In this document: positions 18,651-28,272 of the stretch, in pieces
Numbering within the stretch: the stretch's first letter is position 1
Layout: every line of letters starts with the position of its first letter
Assembly: GCA_039811685.1 (NCBI GenBank)
Contig: JBDHZC010000003.1
Coordinates: 96,001 to 160,000 of the forward strand
Direction of reading: 5' to 3'
Source: Armatimonadota bacterium
GTDB taxonomy: Bacteria; Armatimonadota; UBA5829; DSUL01
DNA length: 64,000 nt
Translations under genes and position numbers: made by a program
Notes under the pieces: generated by a model
Told to the model about the DNA's origin: nothing
The model's input: only the letters and a program-made list of their open reading frames with translations
The model's database searches: none

Positions 18651-20579
18651 TCAGGCTGTTGTCGCCTCCGTCACCTCGCTTACCGTCTGTACAGGCTGAG
18701 TGAGCAGCGATACGGCGACCAGTGTCACGAAGCTGAGCGGCATAGCGATAATCGCCGGGCTGTCCAGCCCAATCGGCGCTGCATCTGCGCTCAGGTGATA
18801 AACGCTCTCGTACATCGTCGGTGACAGCAGAATCAGCGCTACAGATATGGCCAGACCCGCAACAATCGAAGCGGATATTCCGGCAGCGGTCGTGCGCTTC
18901 CAGAACAGCAGCATCACCAGCGCCGGCAGGTTCGCTGAAGCGGCCACGGCAAATGCCCAGCCCACCAGATACGAAACGTTCATTCCCTCGTAGCGTATAC
19001 CGAGGAAAATCGCCACGACACCAACCGCCACTGCTGCAAGTTTCCCGGCGACCACACGGCCACTGTCAGACACAGTACCCCCAAAAAACCGGTCAATCAG
19101 ATCGTGCGCCACCGCGCCGGACGCGGCCACTATCAATCCGCTGACTGTCCCCAGCACCGTCGCAAACGCAATGGCGGAAATGCAGGCAAACAGAAACGTG
19201 CCAAACGAGCGCGCCAGAAGCGGCGCGGACATGTTGTTGTCCGTCACGTCAATCACCCCGCTGACCATAGCGCCCAGCCCCATAAATAGCGTCAGAATGT
19301 AAAAGAACCCGATCGCGGAAATCGCGACGATAGTGGATTTTCTCGCGGCGGCGACATCCGGCACGGTGTAGTAGCGAATGAGAATGTGCGGCAGTGCAGC
19401 CGTACCACAGAAGAGCGCCAGCATTAAGGAGACGAAGTTCAGGCGGTCGGTAGAGCTGGCGCCTTTGTCAACCTTGAACTTCAGCCCCGGCCGCATCACA
19501 TCAGAGCCCGGAGTGGGCTTCTGGAAGTAGATCGCAATCTGGTTGTCTCCGTCTGCGATTGTCTCCTTGTCCCAGCGAATTACTGTGCTGCGCTGCAAGA
19601 CAGACAAAAACTCCAGAGGCCCGAGCGCGCCAGTCTGTGCCACCGATCTCCCATTCTGAATAATCTTGCTTGCCTGTCCGACCTGGTGGAATTTCCCGGC
19701 CGACAAAGGAGCGCCGTTGTAGAGCTTCGATCCATCCGGGCGGGTCGTAACTGTCAGAGTTTCTTCAAGAGTGTTGGATGTCTGTGACACCTTCCAGACC
19801 GAGATTGCACCGTCATGACGAACCTTTATATAGCCTTTGCGAACCAGTTCGGAGTTTTCCTGTCCGGGTACGACTGAGTAGCCAGGCCGGTCAATTCTGA
19901 GGTTGCCCGATGTGTCCAGGTGGAAAGGCATGGAAACCAGGTCAGATCCTGAGGGTGTTGTCGAGATTCCTCGCAGCAGCACCGCTCCCGCCAGAATAGT
20001 CGAAAAGAGAATCAGCAGCCCGCCTTTGAGGAACTGCACGTACGTGGTCGAGGCCATTCCGGCGGTCGCTACGATAAAGATGACAATCCCGCCCACAAGA
20101 ACTACGCCGAAGGTGTGTGGGATGCCCAGAAGCGGCGTCACCAGCGATCCCGCGCCAACCATCTGCGGGATCAGATAGAAAAGTGATACCACGAGCGTGC
20201 TGATGGCTGCGGTGAACTGGACGCTGCGCGCGTTGAATCGGGAGTTCAAAGCGTCCGCAAAAGTGTACCTGCCGAGTCTCTTGACCGGCTCAGCGACAAC
20301 AAACAGCGCAACAATCCAGCCTGCGAGATAGCCGATTGAATACAAGAAGCCGTCGTAGCCGGCTGTGGCGATCATCCCGCAAATTCCCAGAAACGATGCC
20401 GCTGAGAGATAGTCCCCAGCGAACGCCAGACCGTTAACCGCCCAGTGAATGGAGCCGTCCGCCGCATAATAGCCGTGGGCGGTTTTTGCCCGGCGAGCCA
20501 GATAAACCGCAATCCACAGTGAAAAGGCGACGAATGCCGCAAAGGTCGCTATTGCTATCGGAGAAGTCTCGTAGTTCAT
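18651..20579 (-). CDS. actP: Cation/acetate symporter (SSS family)
   Basis: NGLAFAGDYLSAASFLG, GTAALPHILIRYYTVP, AFAVAASAN; preceded by a DUF485 gene. Confidence 0.88.
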   Translation of the reverse strand: MNYETSPIAIATFAAFVAFSLWIAVYLARRAKTAHGYYAADGSIHWAVNGLAFAGDYLSAASFLGICGMIATAGYDGFLYSIGYLAGWIVALFVVAEPVKRLGRYTFADALNSRFNARSVQFTAAISTLVVSLFYLIPQMVGAGSLVTPLLGIPHTFGVVLVGGIVIFIVATAGMASTTYVQFLKGGLLILFSTILAGAVLLRGISTTPSGSDLVSMPFHLDTSGNLRIDRPGYSVVPGQENSELVRKGYIKVRHDGAISVWKVSQTSNTLEETLTVTTRPDGSKLYNGAPLSAGKFHQVGQASKIIQNGRSVAQTGALGPLEFLSVLQRSTVIRWDKETIADGDNQIAIYFQKPTPGSDVMRPGLKFKVDKGASSTDRLNFVSLMLALFCGTAALPHILIRYYTVPDVAAARKSTIVAISAIGFFYILTLFMGLGAMVSGVIDVTDNNMSAPLLARSFGTFLFACISAIAFATVLGTVSGLIVAASGAVAHDLIDRFFGGTVSDSGRVVAGKLAAVAVGVVAIFLGIRYEGMNVSYLVGWAFAVAASANLPALVMLLFWKRTTAAGISASIVAGLAISVALILLSPTMYESVYHLSADAAPIGLDSPAIIAMPLSFVTLVAVSLLTQPVQTVSEVTEATTA

Positions 20580-20866
20580 CGAACGTCACTGTCCTCCGAA
20601 GCCGTGTCCTCCGAAGCATCGCTTTCTGCTCTGGCGCACAGAGAGTTGTAGATGAGGGCCAGAATGACTGCGAAAACAATCAACCCCAGCCCGTACACTA
20701 CGGCCAGGTTCACGCCCAGCATATCAAGGCCCATCAGGCGGGGGTGGAACGTGTTGATATACACAAATCCGCCGTAGATCAGCGCATACACCACAAACAT
20801 CCACAGGCCAAGTCTGGCCTTGTAGGCAATTAGCTCTTGATCCCGCCGCGTTGAAGGATCGTTCAT
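20576..20866 (-). CDS. DUF485 (YjcH-like) small membrane partner of ActP
   Basis: Two TM helices; overlaps the actP start, the canonical arrangement. Confidence 0.8.
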   Translation of the reverse strand: MNDPSTRRDQELIAYKARLGLWMFVVYALIYGGFVYINTFHPRLMGLDMLGVNLAVVYGLGLIVFAVILALIYNSLCARAESDASEDTASEDSDVR

Positions 20867-20912
20867 AGGTCTCTCTCCTGTGAGATGATTTATGCTGAGG
20901 TCCTGGAGGTTC

Positions 20913-21281
20913 TCAGGACGCCGTACTGCCGTATTCTACACTGACGCTCGTCTGAATCCCGCCACGAGCCGTGAACTCCCCGCGCACCTGCATCCACCTG
21001 GGGTCGCACGCAGCGACCAGATCATCAAGGATGAGGTTGGTCACGTGCTCGTAAAAACATCCTCTGTTGCGATAGTTCAGCAGGTAATACTTGAGGCTCT
21101 TAAGCTCGACGCACAGCTTTCCGGGACGGTAGACAATGACGATTGTGCCAAAGTCCGGCAGGCCTGTTTTAGGGCAGACACTTGTGAACTCAGGACAGGT
21201 AATGGTGATGAGGTAGTCGCGCTCTGGAAACTGATTCTCAAAGGTCTCGAGCGCATAATCCGGCTGTTTGTTCTCGCTCAT
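20913..21281 (-). CDS. queF: NADPH-dependent 7-cyano-7-deazaguanine reductase (preQ1 synthase)
   Basis: [28 protein letters not shown]. Confidence 0.95.
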   Translation of the reverse strand: MSENKQPDYALETFENQFPERDYLITITCPEFTSVCPKTGLPDFGTIVIVYRPGKLCVELKSLKYYLLNYRNRGCFYEHVTNLILDDLVAACDPRWMQVRGEFTARGGIQTSVSVEYGSTAS

Positions 21282-21371
21282 GGGTGAAGAGATTCTAGCA
21301 TGGCGAGACGCCTTTTGCGCTTGGTGAACCAAACGCGTTGTGGCATGCCCGGCCGTTCAGATATCTGTTTT

Positions 21372-23291
21372 TCAGTTCACCAGCGTAATATGAGCCGGCA
21401 CAGTGCGCAGAACGGACGGAGTGACGCTTGTGTCCAGCCTGCCCCGAGCAATCACAAAGTCACCCGTCTGAACTCCATGCCCGGAAGCTGCCACTCTCAG
21501 AGCACGGCCGGAACCGGCGTCCAGCGAGAATCCACTGGAATCACTGCTGATTGCCAGTCCCCAGACTCTGAATAGAAAGCGCGAGCTTGCGGTCGCAGGA
21601 ATCTCGCTGAAAGCCAGGCCGTTCACACCTACGATTCGTACATCGTCATAGGTTGCGCTGTTGTCCACTGCCGTCAGTCCGTCCGTATCTGTCGCAATGA
21701 CGCTGACTGAATGTGTTGTGTAGCCTCCACCGGCGCTGATATCGCCCTGCCAGTCCACGCCGTTGTACACAAGCGAGACGCCATCCGCTGTGACCGCTGA
21801 TAGACCTTCAATATCTGAAGCAAGCACTGTAACGTGCACAGTGTCACCCTGCGCCACGACTGTCGGGCTGAGCGTCACGCCGGAGATTGTAGGCGGCGTG
21901 TTAGCGGGGCCACTGACGCTAAGGCTCAGGGTGTAGCGTTGCGCGTCGTCAACAGAGCCGGGTGCATCAGAGACTTTGACGAAAAACACTCCTCCGGCGC
22001 CCGGGAGCGCGTAGTTGGACAGTACCTCATCCTGGCCCTTTCCGCTCGAATTCTGAGTCACGAGCAGCGAAGAGCCGTTAGAGTTGTACACCTGGATCTG
22101 AAGGTCGCTGATGGCTCTTGTGTTGATCGTCGGTGTGTAGCCGCTGGAGCTTCCCACCTGATAGACACTGCCGAGGGGTGAGACTGTGACGTTCAGGCTG
22201 GACCCGGGCGCAACAGTGAACTTGAACCAGTCCTGATCTGCAGCATTTACAGTAGCCAGCGGGTCCGTGGTTAGGGTGGAGGAGCTCAACTGGCCCAGGT
22301 CTGTGGCTTTCGAAGAGGAGTTGTTCGGCTCAAAGGGATCGGCGTAATAGGAAGTTGCGCCGCGGATATCGTCATCCTGGGGGCCATCAAAGCTCATTGT
22401 CAGCATTGGCTCCATCAGCTTTGTCCCATTTGTTGGATAGACATGCCCCAGCCCGATGCCGTGACCGTGCTCATGGGTCACGGTGTTGCGCAGGTACCGG
22501 TAATCGTTCGAAGGATTCGCCCACGATTCACTGGTATCAAGCACCATGTCGCCGGTGTTAGGGTAGTAGCAATACGCCAGAACTCCGTAGGCCCCGTCTA
22601 GGTTGTGCCCACCGATGCGGATGTCACCTCGCTGGCCAACGGAGCCTGAGCTGGACGGAAAAGACGCGCCGTCATCCGCAACTTCCACGTACTGGATGCC
22701 ATAGACCGACGCCCACTCTGCAAATGCCTGCGCAAATTTCGCCTTCCACGCGCTTCGCGACCCAAAGGCCGCATCCAGCTTCGCCATCAGATTTGACGGC
22801 CCCGCGGGATCGCCCGAGCCACTTGGTATGTACAACCCGTCCGGAACAAAGCTGTACGTAAGCGTGAAAGGAGTGTTCTTTGCCACCGTCCCGTTAGTCG
22901 CCGTGTAAGTCCAGCGGTTGCTGGCATTGTAGGCGAGCTGGACGTTGGGGATTGGCAGCTCTTCCAAAATCTGGCGCATTCGCTCCTCAGGCGTGCCGGG
23001 CGCTACACATACAGACAGGCGAGAAGTCTCAATGCACTGAGCTTTTTCCATGTGGTTGAGAACGGCCGCCCTGACGGCCTGCTCAATGGATTCACCCGGG
23101 GAGAGAATAGAAGCGCGCGGTGCGAAGCGGCGCGTCACGCTTTCAAGCGCATCCTCTGGTGCGAAGCTCTGAGCATCTGGTGCGGAGCTCTGAGCTTCAA
23201 AGCCTGCAACCCGCGCGCCGGCCAAAGCCAAAAACCCCGTGGCAACCGCCAATCTCCAGCACCAAGTCGCTTGCTTTGTCATCCCTGCCAA
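21372..23291 (-). CDS. Secreted matrixin (M10-like) zinc metalloprotease with PPC and Ig-like domains and a C-terminal OB-like domain
   Basis: HEHGHGIGLGH zinc motif and Met-turn (LMEP); DPFEPNNS..A and DQDWFKF PPC motifs; signal peptide. Confidence 0.88.
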   Translation of the reverse strand: MAGMTKQATWCWRLAVATGFLALAGARVAGFEAQSSAPDAQSFAPEDALESVTRRFAPRASILSPGESIEQAVRAAVLNHMEKAQCIETSRLSVCVAPGTPEERMRQILEELPIPNVQLAYNASNRWTYTATNGTVAKNTPFTLTYSFVPDGLYIPSGSGDPAGPSNLMAKLDAAFGSRSAWKAKFAQAFAEWASVYGIQYVEVADDGASFPSSSGSVGQRGDIRIGGHNLDGAYGVLAYCYYPNTGDMVLDTSESWANPSNDYRYLRNTVTHEHGHGIGLGHVYPTNGTKLMEPMLTMSFDGPQDDDIRGATSYYADPFEPNNSSSKATDLGQLSSSTLTTDPLATVNAADQDWFKFTVAPGSSLNVTVSPLGSVYQVGSSSGYTPTINTRAISDLQIQVYNSNGSSLLVTQNSSGKGQDEVLSNYALPGAGGVFFVKVSDAPGSVDDAQRYTLSLSVSGPANTPPTISGVTLSPTVVAQGDTVHVTVLASDIEGLSAVTADGVSLVYNGVDWQGDISAGGGYTTHSVSVIATDTDGLTAVDNSATYDDVRIVGVNGLAFSEIPATASSRFLFRVWGLAISSDSSGFSLDAGSGRALRVAASGHGVQTGDFVIARGRLDTSVTPSVLRTVPAHITLVN

Positions 23292-23375
23292 ATACTCCCA
23301 ATCCTCAGTATATCATTAGTCGTGTTACTAACTGAAGTAGCTTCCGGGCTCCTGTGGGCCACTTGAGCGCACAGC

Positions 23376-24143
23376 CTAGATGATCAACTTCAAAGCAGCC
23401 AGCCCGGCGAGGATGAGCACCGCCGAATCGAACTGCTTCTGTGGAATACGTGGCAGAAGCCATGACCCGCTGAGCGCTCCTGCCGCGATAGCCGGCGCCA
23501 CGGCCAGGTCAAACATCAGCGTCTGGTGCGTCATAATCGGTTGACCAGGCTGCAGATGCGTCAGCAGCAGGAAAATGGGCACTTTGGCAAGGTTGAAAAT
23601 GAAAAAATAGAGTGCGGTGGTCCCCATAAACTGGTTCTTCCCCAAACCCATTCCGGTCAGGTAGATAGTCATAATCGGGCCAGCTGCGTTGGAGACTGTT
23701 GTCGAAAACCCCGCAAGCGCCCCTGTTGACACGACGCCCGCGCGTGAGTGCGGTGTCAGCCGGTCGCCCCACCTCTTTCTGGCGAGATGAAGCCCCAGCA
23801 TTCCCAGCACCATGTACCCGATGACGATGCTCAACACGTCGCGCGTTTTCGTTCTTTCGCCCAGATACAGGAGAAATCCCGCTCCTCCAAGCATGCCCAG
23901 CACCACCCAGGGAACCAGCTCCAACAGCTTGTCCCAACGGGTGTGGCTCCGGTAGCGGGCGACCGCGAAACAGTCAGCGAAGCTGAGCATCGGCAGCACC
24001 GCGCCCACTGAGAGCCTTCCACCGAATATTCCGGCCATCAGCGGAACGACCAGGATACCGACGCCGGGCACTCCCGTTTTGGAGAAACCGACAAGCAGCG
24101 CCGCCACAATACCAAGAAGCCAGTCGAGCGTTGTTAGATGCAC
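23376..24143 (-). CDS. Sulfite exporter TauE/SafE (TSUP) family protein
   Basis: GFSKTGVPG, GFSTTVSNAAGP, multiple TM helices. Confidence 0.88.
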   Translation of the reverse strand: MHLTTLDWLLGIVAALLVGFSKTGVPGVGILVVPLMAGIFGGRLSVGAVLPMLSFADCFAVARYRSHTRWDKLLELVPWVVLGMLGGAGFLLYLGERTKTRDVLSIVIGYMVLGMLGLHLARKRWGDRLTPHSRAGVVSTGALAGFSTTVSNAAGPIMTIYLTGMGLGKNQFMGTTALYFFIFNLAKVPIFLLLTHLQPGQPIMTHQTLMFDLAVAPAIAAGALSGSWLLPRIPQKQFDSAVLILAGLAALKLII

Positions 24144-24188
24144 AGCGGAATTATGAGCGCTCAGCGCAACCCCTGTTGCTTGGGCAGG

Positions 24189-26045
24189 TTACAGCAGCGC
24201 TTCCTCCCACAGCCGGTACAGCTCTCTTATGCGTGACTCCAGCTCCTCGTGCTCCGCAAGGATCGCGGCAGAACTCTCGTGATCGGCAAATGTCTCCGGA
24301 CGGCTCAGAATACCGGCAAGCTCGGATATTCGCGCCTCAGCGGACTCTATCTCGCGTTCAATTTTCTCAGGTGAAGAGCCTTTCTTCTTGCCGGGAGCCT
24401 GCCGTCGAGTGGGCGGCTTCGCCTTCTTTTTCTGACTCACGCGCGGGCGCAGCGCGTGCGCCTGCTGAGCGTATTCGTCATAGTTGCCCAGAAAAGAGCG
24501 CACGTTGCCGCTCGATATCTCCACAATGCGTGTTGCGATAGAGTTCAGAAGATACCGATCGTGCGAGATCAGAATAACTGTGCCCGAGTAGCTTTGAAGA
24601 GCTTCTCCAAGCGCTTCTCGCGAGTCGATGTCCAGATGGTTTGTGGGTTCGTCGAGGATCAGCAGGTTGGGGCGGCTGACCATCAGCTTTGCCAGCGCCA
24701 CGCGATTGCGCTCTCCGCCGCTGAGGGAGGCCATCGCTTTGAACACGTCGTCACCTTTGAACAGAAACTGCGCCAGCATATTGCGCGCCTGAGCAGGTGT
24801 GAGGTCTGCGCTGTCCAGAAGCTCTTCGAGCACACTATTCTCCTCAGAAACCCCGGTCAGGTCCTGTGCAAAATAGCCAGTTTCAACACCACATCCAAGG
24901 CTGACACTTCCAGAGTCCGCAGCTTCCTTCCCGAGGATGATTCTGATGAGGGTCGTTTTGCCGGCTCCGTTTGGACCAACCAGCCCAATTCGCTCGCCCG
25001 CATCAACGCTCAGATCGAGATTGCGGAACAACGGCTCTGCTCCAAAGCTCTTTGTGACCGATTTGAGGTCCAGCACACTTCGCCCGCTGTGTTTGAGAGG
25101 CTCGATGGCGATATTGAGAGTGCTCTTCTGCTTTGGACGCTCCACGCGCTCCATTCTGCCCAGCAGCTTTTCCCGGCCACGCGCCTGCTTGCTGCGCTGC
25201 CCTGCCTTGTAGCGAAGAATGAAATCTTCCATCTTGTGGATTTCTTCCTGCTGTCGTTCGTAGCTCTCTTCCTGCGCGCGTTCCCGTTCCTGCTTGAGCT
25301 TTGCGAAGGCTGTGTAGTTGCCGGGGTAGCTGTGCGCAATGCGTCCCTGAAGATCCACAACTTTTGTCACAACTCTGTCCAGAAAGTAGCGGTCGTGAGA
25401 AACAACCAGCACCGCTCCCGAAAAACCCTGCAGAAACTCTTCCAGCCACTCAGTCGCTTCGATATCCAGGTGATTGGTCGGCTCATCCAGAAGCAGCGCA
25501 TCCGGCTTCTGCAGCAACACTCTGGCCAGTGCCGCGCGCGTTTTCTGGCCGCCGCTGAGCACGTTCACGGGCTTGTCCCAGTGCGCCGCGCCTAATCCGA
25601 GCCCCGTGAGGGTCGCCTTGACCTCCGCCTCGAAGGCGTAGCCGCCCAGCCGTTCATATTCGTGTTGAACCTCACCGTACCTGGAAACAAGCGCGTCCAT
25701 CTCGTCAGGCTCAGCGCGCGCCATATGTCCCTCGAGATCACGCATTTCCGCCTCCAGACGTCTCACTTCGCTGGATGCTCCGGAGACTGAAGACAACAGA
25801 GGCTCTTGACCTGTCAGCTCACTGTCCTGCTGCACATAACCGATGGTGGCGCCTGGCAGAACACTCACCGCCCCTGAATCCGGTGTTTCCAGAGCGGCAA
25901 TCAGGCGCAGAATTGTCGTCTTGCCCGATCCGTTTGGACCCACCAGCGCCACCTTTTCGGATGTGCCGACGGTGAAAGTCGCTTCGTCCAGCGCCTGGAA
26001 AGCGCCGTAAAACTTGCGGGCTGCATTCAGTGAAATCAGTGCCAA
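24189..26045 (-). CDS. ABC-F family ATP-binding protein
   Basis: Two ABC domains (GPNGSGKT, LSGGQ, LLLDEPTNHLD; GPNGAGKT, LSGGE), no TM segments, C-terminal coiled coil. Confidence 0.95.
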   Translation of the reverse strand: MALISLNAARKFYGAFQALDEATFTVGTSEKVALVGPNGSGKTTILRLIAALETPDSGAVSVLPGATIGYVQQDSELTGQEPLLSSVSGASSEVRRLEAEMRDLEGHMARAEPDEMDALVSRYGEVQHEYERLGGYAFEAEVKATLTGLGLGAAHWDKPVNVLSGGQKTRAALARVLLQKPDALLLDEPTNHLDIEATEWLEEFLQGFSGAVLVVSHDRYFLDRVVTKVVDLQGRIAHSYPGNYTAFAKLKQERERAQEESYERQQEEIHKMEDFILRYKAGQRSKQARGREKLLGRMERVERPKQKSTLNIAIEPLKHSGRSVLDLKSVTKSFGAEPLFRNLDLSVDAGERIGLVGPNGAGKTTLIRIILGKEAADSGSVSLGCGVETGYFAQDLTGVSEENSVLEELLDSADLTPAQARNMLAQFLFKGDDVFKAMASLSGGERNRVALAKLMVSRPNLLILDEPTNHLDIDSREALGEALQSYSGTVILISHDRYLLNSIATRIVEISSGNVRSFLGNYDEYAQQAHALRPRVSQKKKAKPPTRRQAPGKKKGSSPEKIEREIESAEARISELAGILSRPETFADHESSAAILAEHEELESRIRELYRLWEEALL

Positions 26046-26235
26046 GTCAATCTCCACTACAATTATAGAGGCCGCACCGGACAAGCGGCAAAAGCGCACG
26101 TGTTGTGGTTTGCACAGTGAATTGCCAGTCTCGCGCTCAGACCGCTTGCCGGAAGCGCCGTTACGCCGAGATTGCCTGCGGTTTTGATAGACTGTTTTGT
26201 GCGTTGGAAGGAATGCCTCAGTGAGCTGGTTTGCG

Positions 26236-26264
26236 TTGACACGGCTTCTGTGCGGTGCTAAAAT
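26236..26264 (+). promoter_or_regulatory. Sigma70 promoter of the tRNA operon
   Basis: TTGACA-17-TAAAAT with extended -10 TG. Confidence 0.8.
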
Positions 26265-26286
26265 GCGGTCGCTGGAGTCGCGTCCG

Positions 26287-26367
26287 GGGGATGTGGTGGA
26301 ACGGTAGACACGCTGTCTTGAGGGGGCAGTGAGGAAACTCGTGAGAGTTCAAATCTCTCCATCCCCA
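26287..26367 (+). tRNA. tRNA-Leu(GAG)
   Basis: GGGGATG/CATCCCC acceptor stem, anticodon loop TT-GAG-GG, long variable arm, GTTCAAAT T-loop. Confidence 0.93.
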
Positions 26368-26467
26368 TTTTACTGAACTCCAGAAAAACCTGAGTTCAGT
26401 CAGGGGCTTGCCGGACAGGGCGTTTTACCTGCCCGTCGGCCAGGTCAGGCCCTCATTGGCTGTCCGG

Positions 26468-26539
26468 GGGCGATTGGCGCAGTGGGAGCGCGCCTCGTTC
26501 ACACCGAGGAGGTCACTGGTTCAAATCCAGTATCGCCCA
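26468..26539 (+). tRNA. tRNA-Val(CAC)
   Basis: GGGCGAT/ATCGCCC stem, CCTCG-TT-CAC-AC-CGAGG anticodon arm, GGTTCAAATCC. Confidence 0.95.
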
Positions 26540-26635
26540 TTTTTGTTTTCCGTGGAAGAGCTGAGAGGCGCTGGGCGCCCTTTTGCCGGCCGCGCAGGTG
26601 GCGGTCGAAGCGACGGTGTGAATCTCAGACAGGCT

Positions 26636-26710
26636 GCGGGCGTAGTTCAGTGGTAGAGCGTCTGCTTCCCAAGCAGGATGTCGCGAGTTCGAATCTCGTC
26701 GCCCGCTCCA
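26636..26710 (+). tRNA. tRNA-Gly(CCC)
   Basis: GCGGGCG/CGCCCGC stem, TT-CCC-AA loop, GTTCGAAT, encoded CCA. Confidence 0.95.
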
Positions 26711-26786
26711 GTTTGTAAGTTTGCTCTTTGAGGAGCGCCCCTGAGCGCTCCTCTGTCTTTGTAAAGAGCGCCTCGCGAAAGATCGA

Positions 26787-26857
26787 GGCGGCGTAGCCAA
26801 GTGGTAAGGCAGGGGACTGCAAATCCTTCATCAGCGGTTCGATTCCGCTCGCCGCCT
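26787..26857 (+). tRNA. tRNA-Cys(GCA)
   Basis: GGCGGCG/CGCCGCC stem, CT-GCA-AA loop, GGTTCGATTCC. Confidence 0.95.
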
Positions 26858-26958
26858 TTTCTCCCTCAAAACCTCCTCACACCGCAGAGGAACCGGAAGT
26901 CTCTGACTCTAACTCTGCGTCAACGTTTTCGCGCGGGGTCTGCTGAGGAGAGTTGGAC

Positions 26959-28227
26959 ATGACACACGTTTTCAAAAGCGCTCTTTCGCTGGTTTTCATC
27001 GCTGCGGCGGTTGCTGGCGCGCTCTTACCGGTGCGGGCGTGGGCTGCTCCGGATCCAAAGGCAGACGGCAGCGCGGACGCGTCTTCCGCCATTCAGGCGA
27101 AGCTTGACGCCCTTGCCGGAGACGGCGGAGTTTACAGTCTGCCTGCAGGGCGGTACCGGCTGGACCACGGCATCAGCGTTCCCACCGGAGTTACACTGGC
27201 GGGAACCTGGCAGGCGCCTCACCACGCGGAGGGCAGGAAAGGCACCATTCTGCTTGGCTACGCCGGAAAGGGCAGGGAGGCGGGAGCGCCACTCATCCAC
27301 CTGTCGCCCAACAGCACGCTCAAAGGTGTCACCATTTTCTACCCCGAGCAAAAGCTGCCGGATCCGTTCCCTTACCCGTGGACCATTCAGGGCGAAGGCA
27401 TGCACGGCAGCGTTATTGACGTGACGCTTGTGAACTGCTACAAAGGCATAGACTTTGGCGACAAGCCAAACGAACTGCACTACATCCGCAACGTTTTTGG
27501 CTGTCCACTGAAGGCCGGTATCCACATCGACCAATGCACAGACATCGGGCGCATTGAGAATGTCCACTTCAATCCGCACTACTGGCAACGCTCCGGCGAG
27601 CCGGGCATCCCCTCCTGGGAGAATCTGCTGAGCTATCTCTTCCACAACCTCATTGCGTTCAGCATCGCCCGTAGCGACTGGGAGTTCATGCAGAACACCT
27701 TTTCTTTCGGGGCAAAAGTCGGCTACCGCTTCTACTCCAGCAAAGCGGGCGCGTGCAATGGCAACTTTTCAGGAATCGCGGCGGACTGGGCCGAGACCGC
27801 AGTCCTTGTTGAGCAAACTCAGCCGCCCGGACTGCTCATTACCAACGGTGAGTTTGTCGGCGGGAAAGGCAGCAAAGCGGTCATCGACGTGCGCCCGTCG
27901 CACAGTGGCGTCGTGCAGCTTTCCAACTGCGCCTTCTGGGGTCCCGTGGAGACGAATGTGCGCGTGGATGGGCCGGGCTATGTCAGCCTCAGTCAGTGCA
28001 ACTTCGTCAACTGGGACGCAAATAATACAGGCGCCGCGTGTGTTCAGGCTGTCGGCGGTGAGATCAACATCGCGAACTGCATGTTCCGCGAAGACAAAAG
28101 CCAGATTGAGCTTCAGTCCGGTGTCCTCACCGCCACAGTGCTTGGAAACCGCTTCGCCGGCGCCCAGCGCATCCAGAATCAGAGCGCGGGAGATGTCCAG
28201 ATCGCCAACAACGTGACGCGTAAATAA
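26959..28227 (+). CDS. Secreted right-handed beta-helix (pectate lyase superfamily/GH55-like) glycan-active protein
   Basis: Signal peptide; ADGSADASSAIQAKLD..GGVYSLPAGRY N-terminal motif; beta-helix repeats. Confidence 0.8.
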   Translation: MTHVFKSALSLVFIAAAVAGALLPVRAWAAPDPKADGSADASSAIQAKLDALAGDGGVYSLPAGRYRLDHGISVPTGVTLAGTWQAPHHAEGRKGTILLGYAGKGREAGAPLIHLSPNSTLKGVTIFYPEQKLPDPFPYPWTIQGEGMHGSVIDVTLVNCYKGIDFGDKPNELHYIRNVFGCPLKAGIHIDQCTDIGRIENVHFNPHYWQRSGEPGIPSWENLLSYLFHNLIAFSIARSDWEFMQNTFSFGAKVGYRFYSSKAGACNGNFSGIAADWAETAVLVEQTQPPGLLITNGEFVGGKGSKAVIDVRPSHSGVVQLSNCAFWGPVETNVRVDGPGYVSLSQCNFVNWDANNTGAACVQAVGGEINIANCMFREDKSQIELQSGVLTATVLGNRFAGAQRIQNQSAGDVQIANNVTRK

Positions 28228-28272
28228 CGCGGCTTCCGTCTGTTACGCGGTGTCCACAGACCTCCTTGCCGG

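Noticed and set aside
21282..21370. preQ1 riboswitch upstream of queF
   Set aside because: The -10 box is 10 nt from the start codon, leaving no room, and no aptamer consensus is seen.
26287..26857. tRNA cluster as an integration site of a genomic island
   Set aside because: No integrase or transposase, and no duplicated tRNA 3' end noticed in the window.
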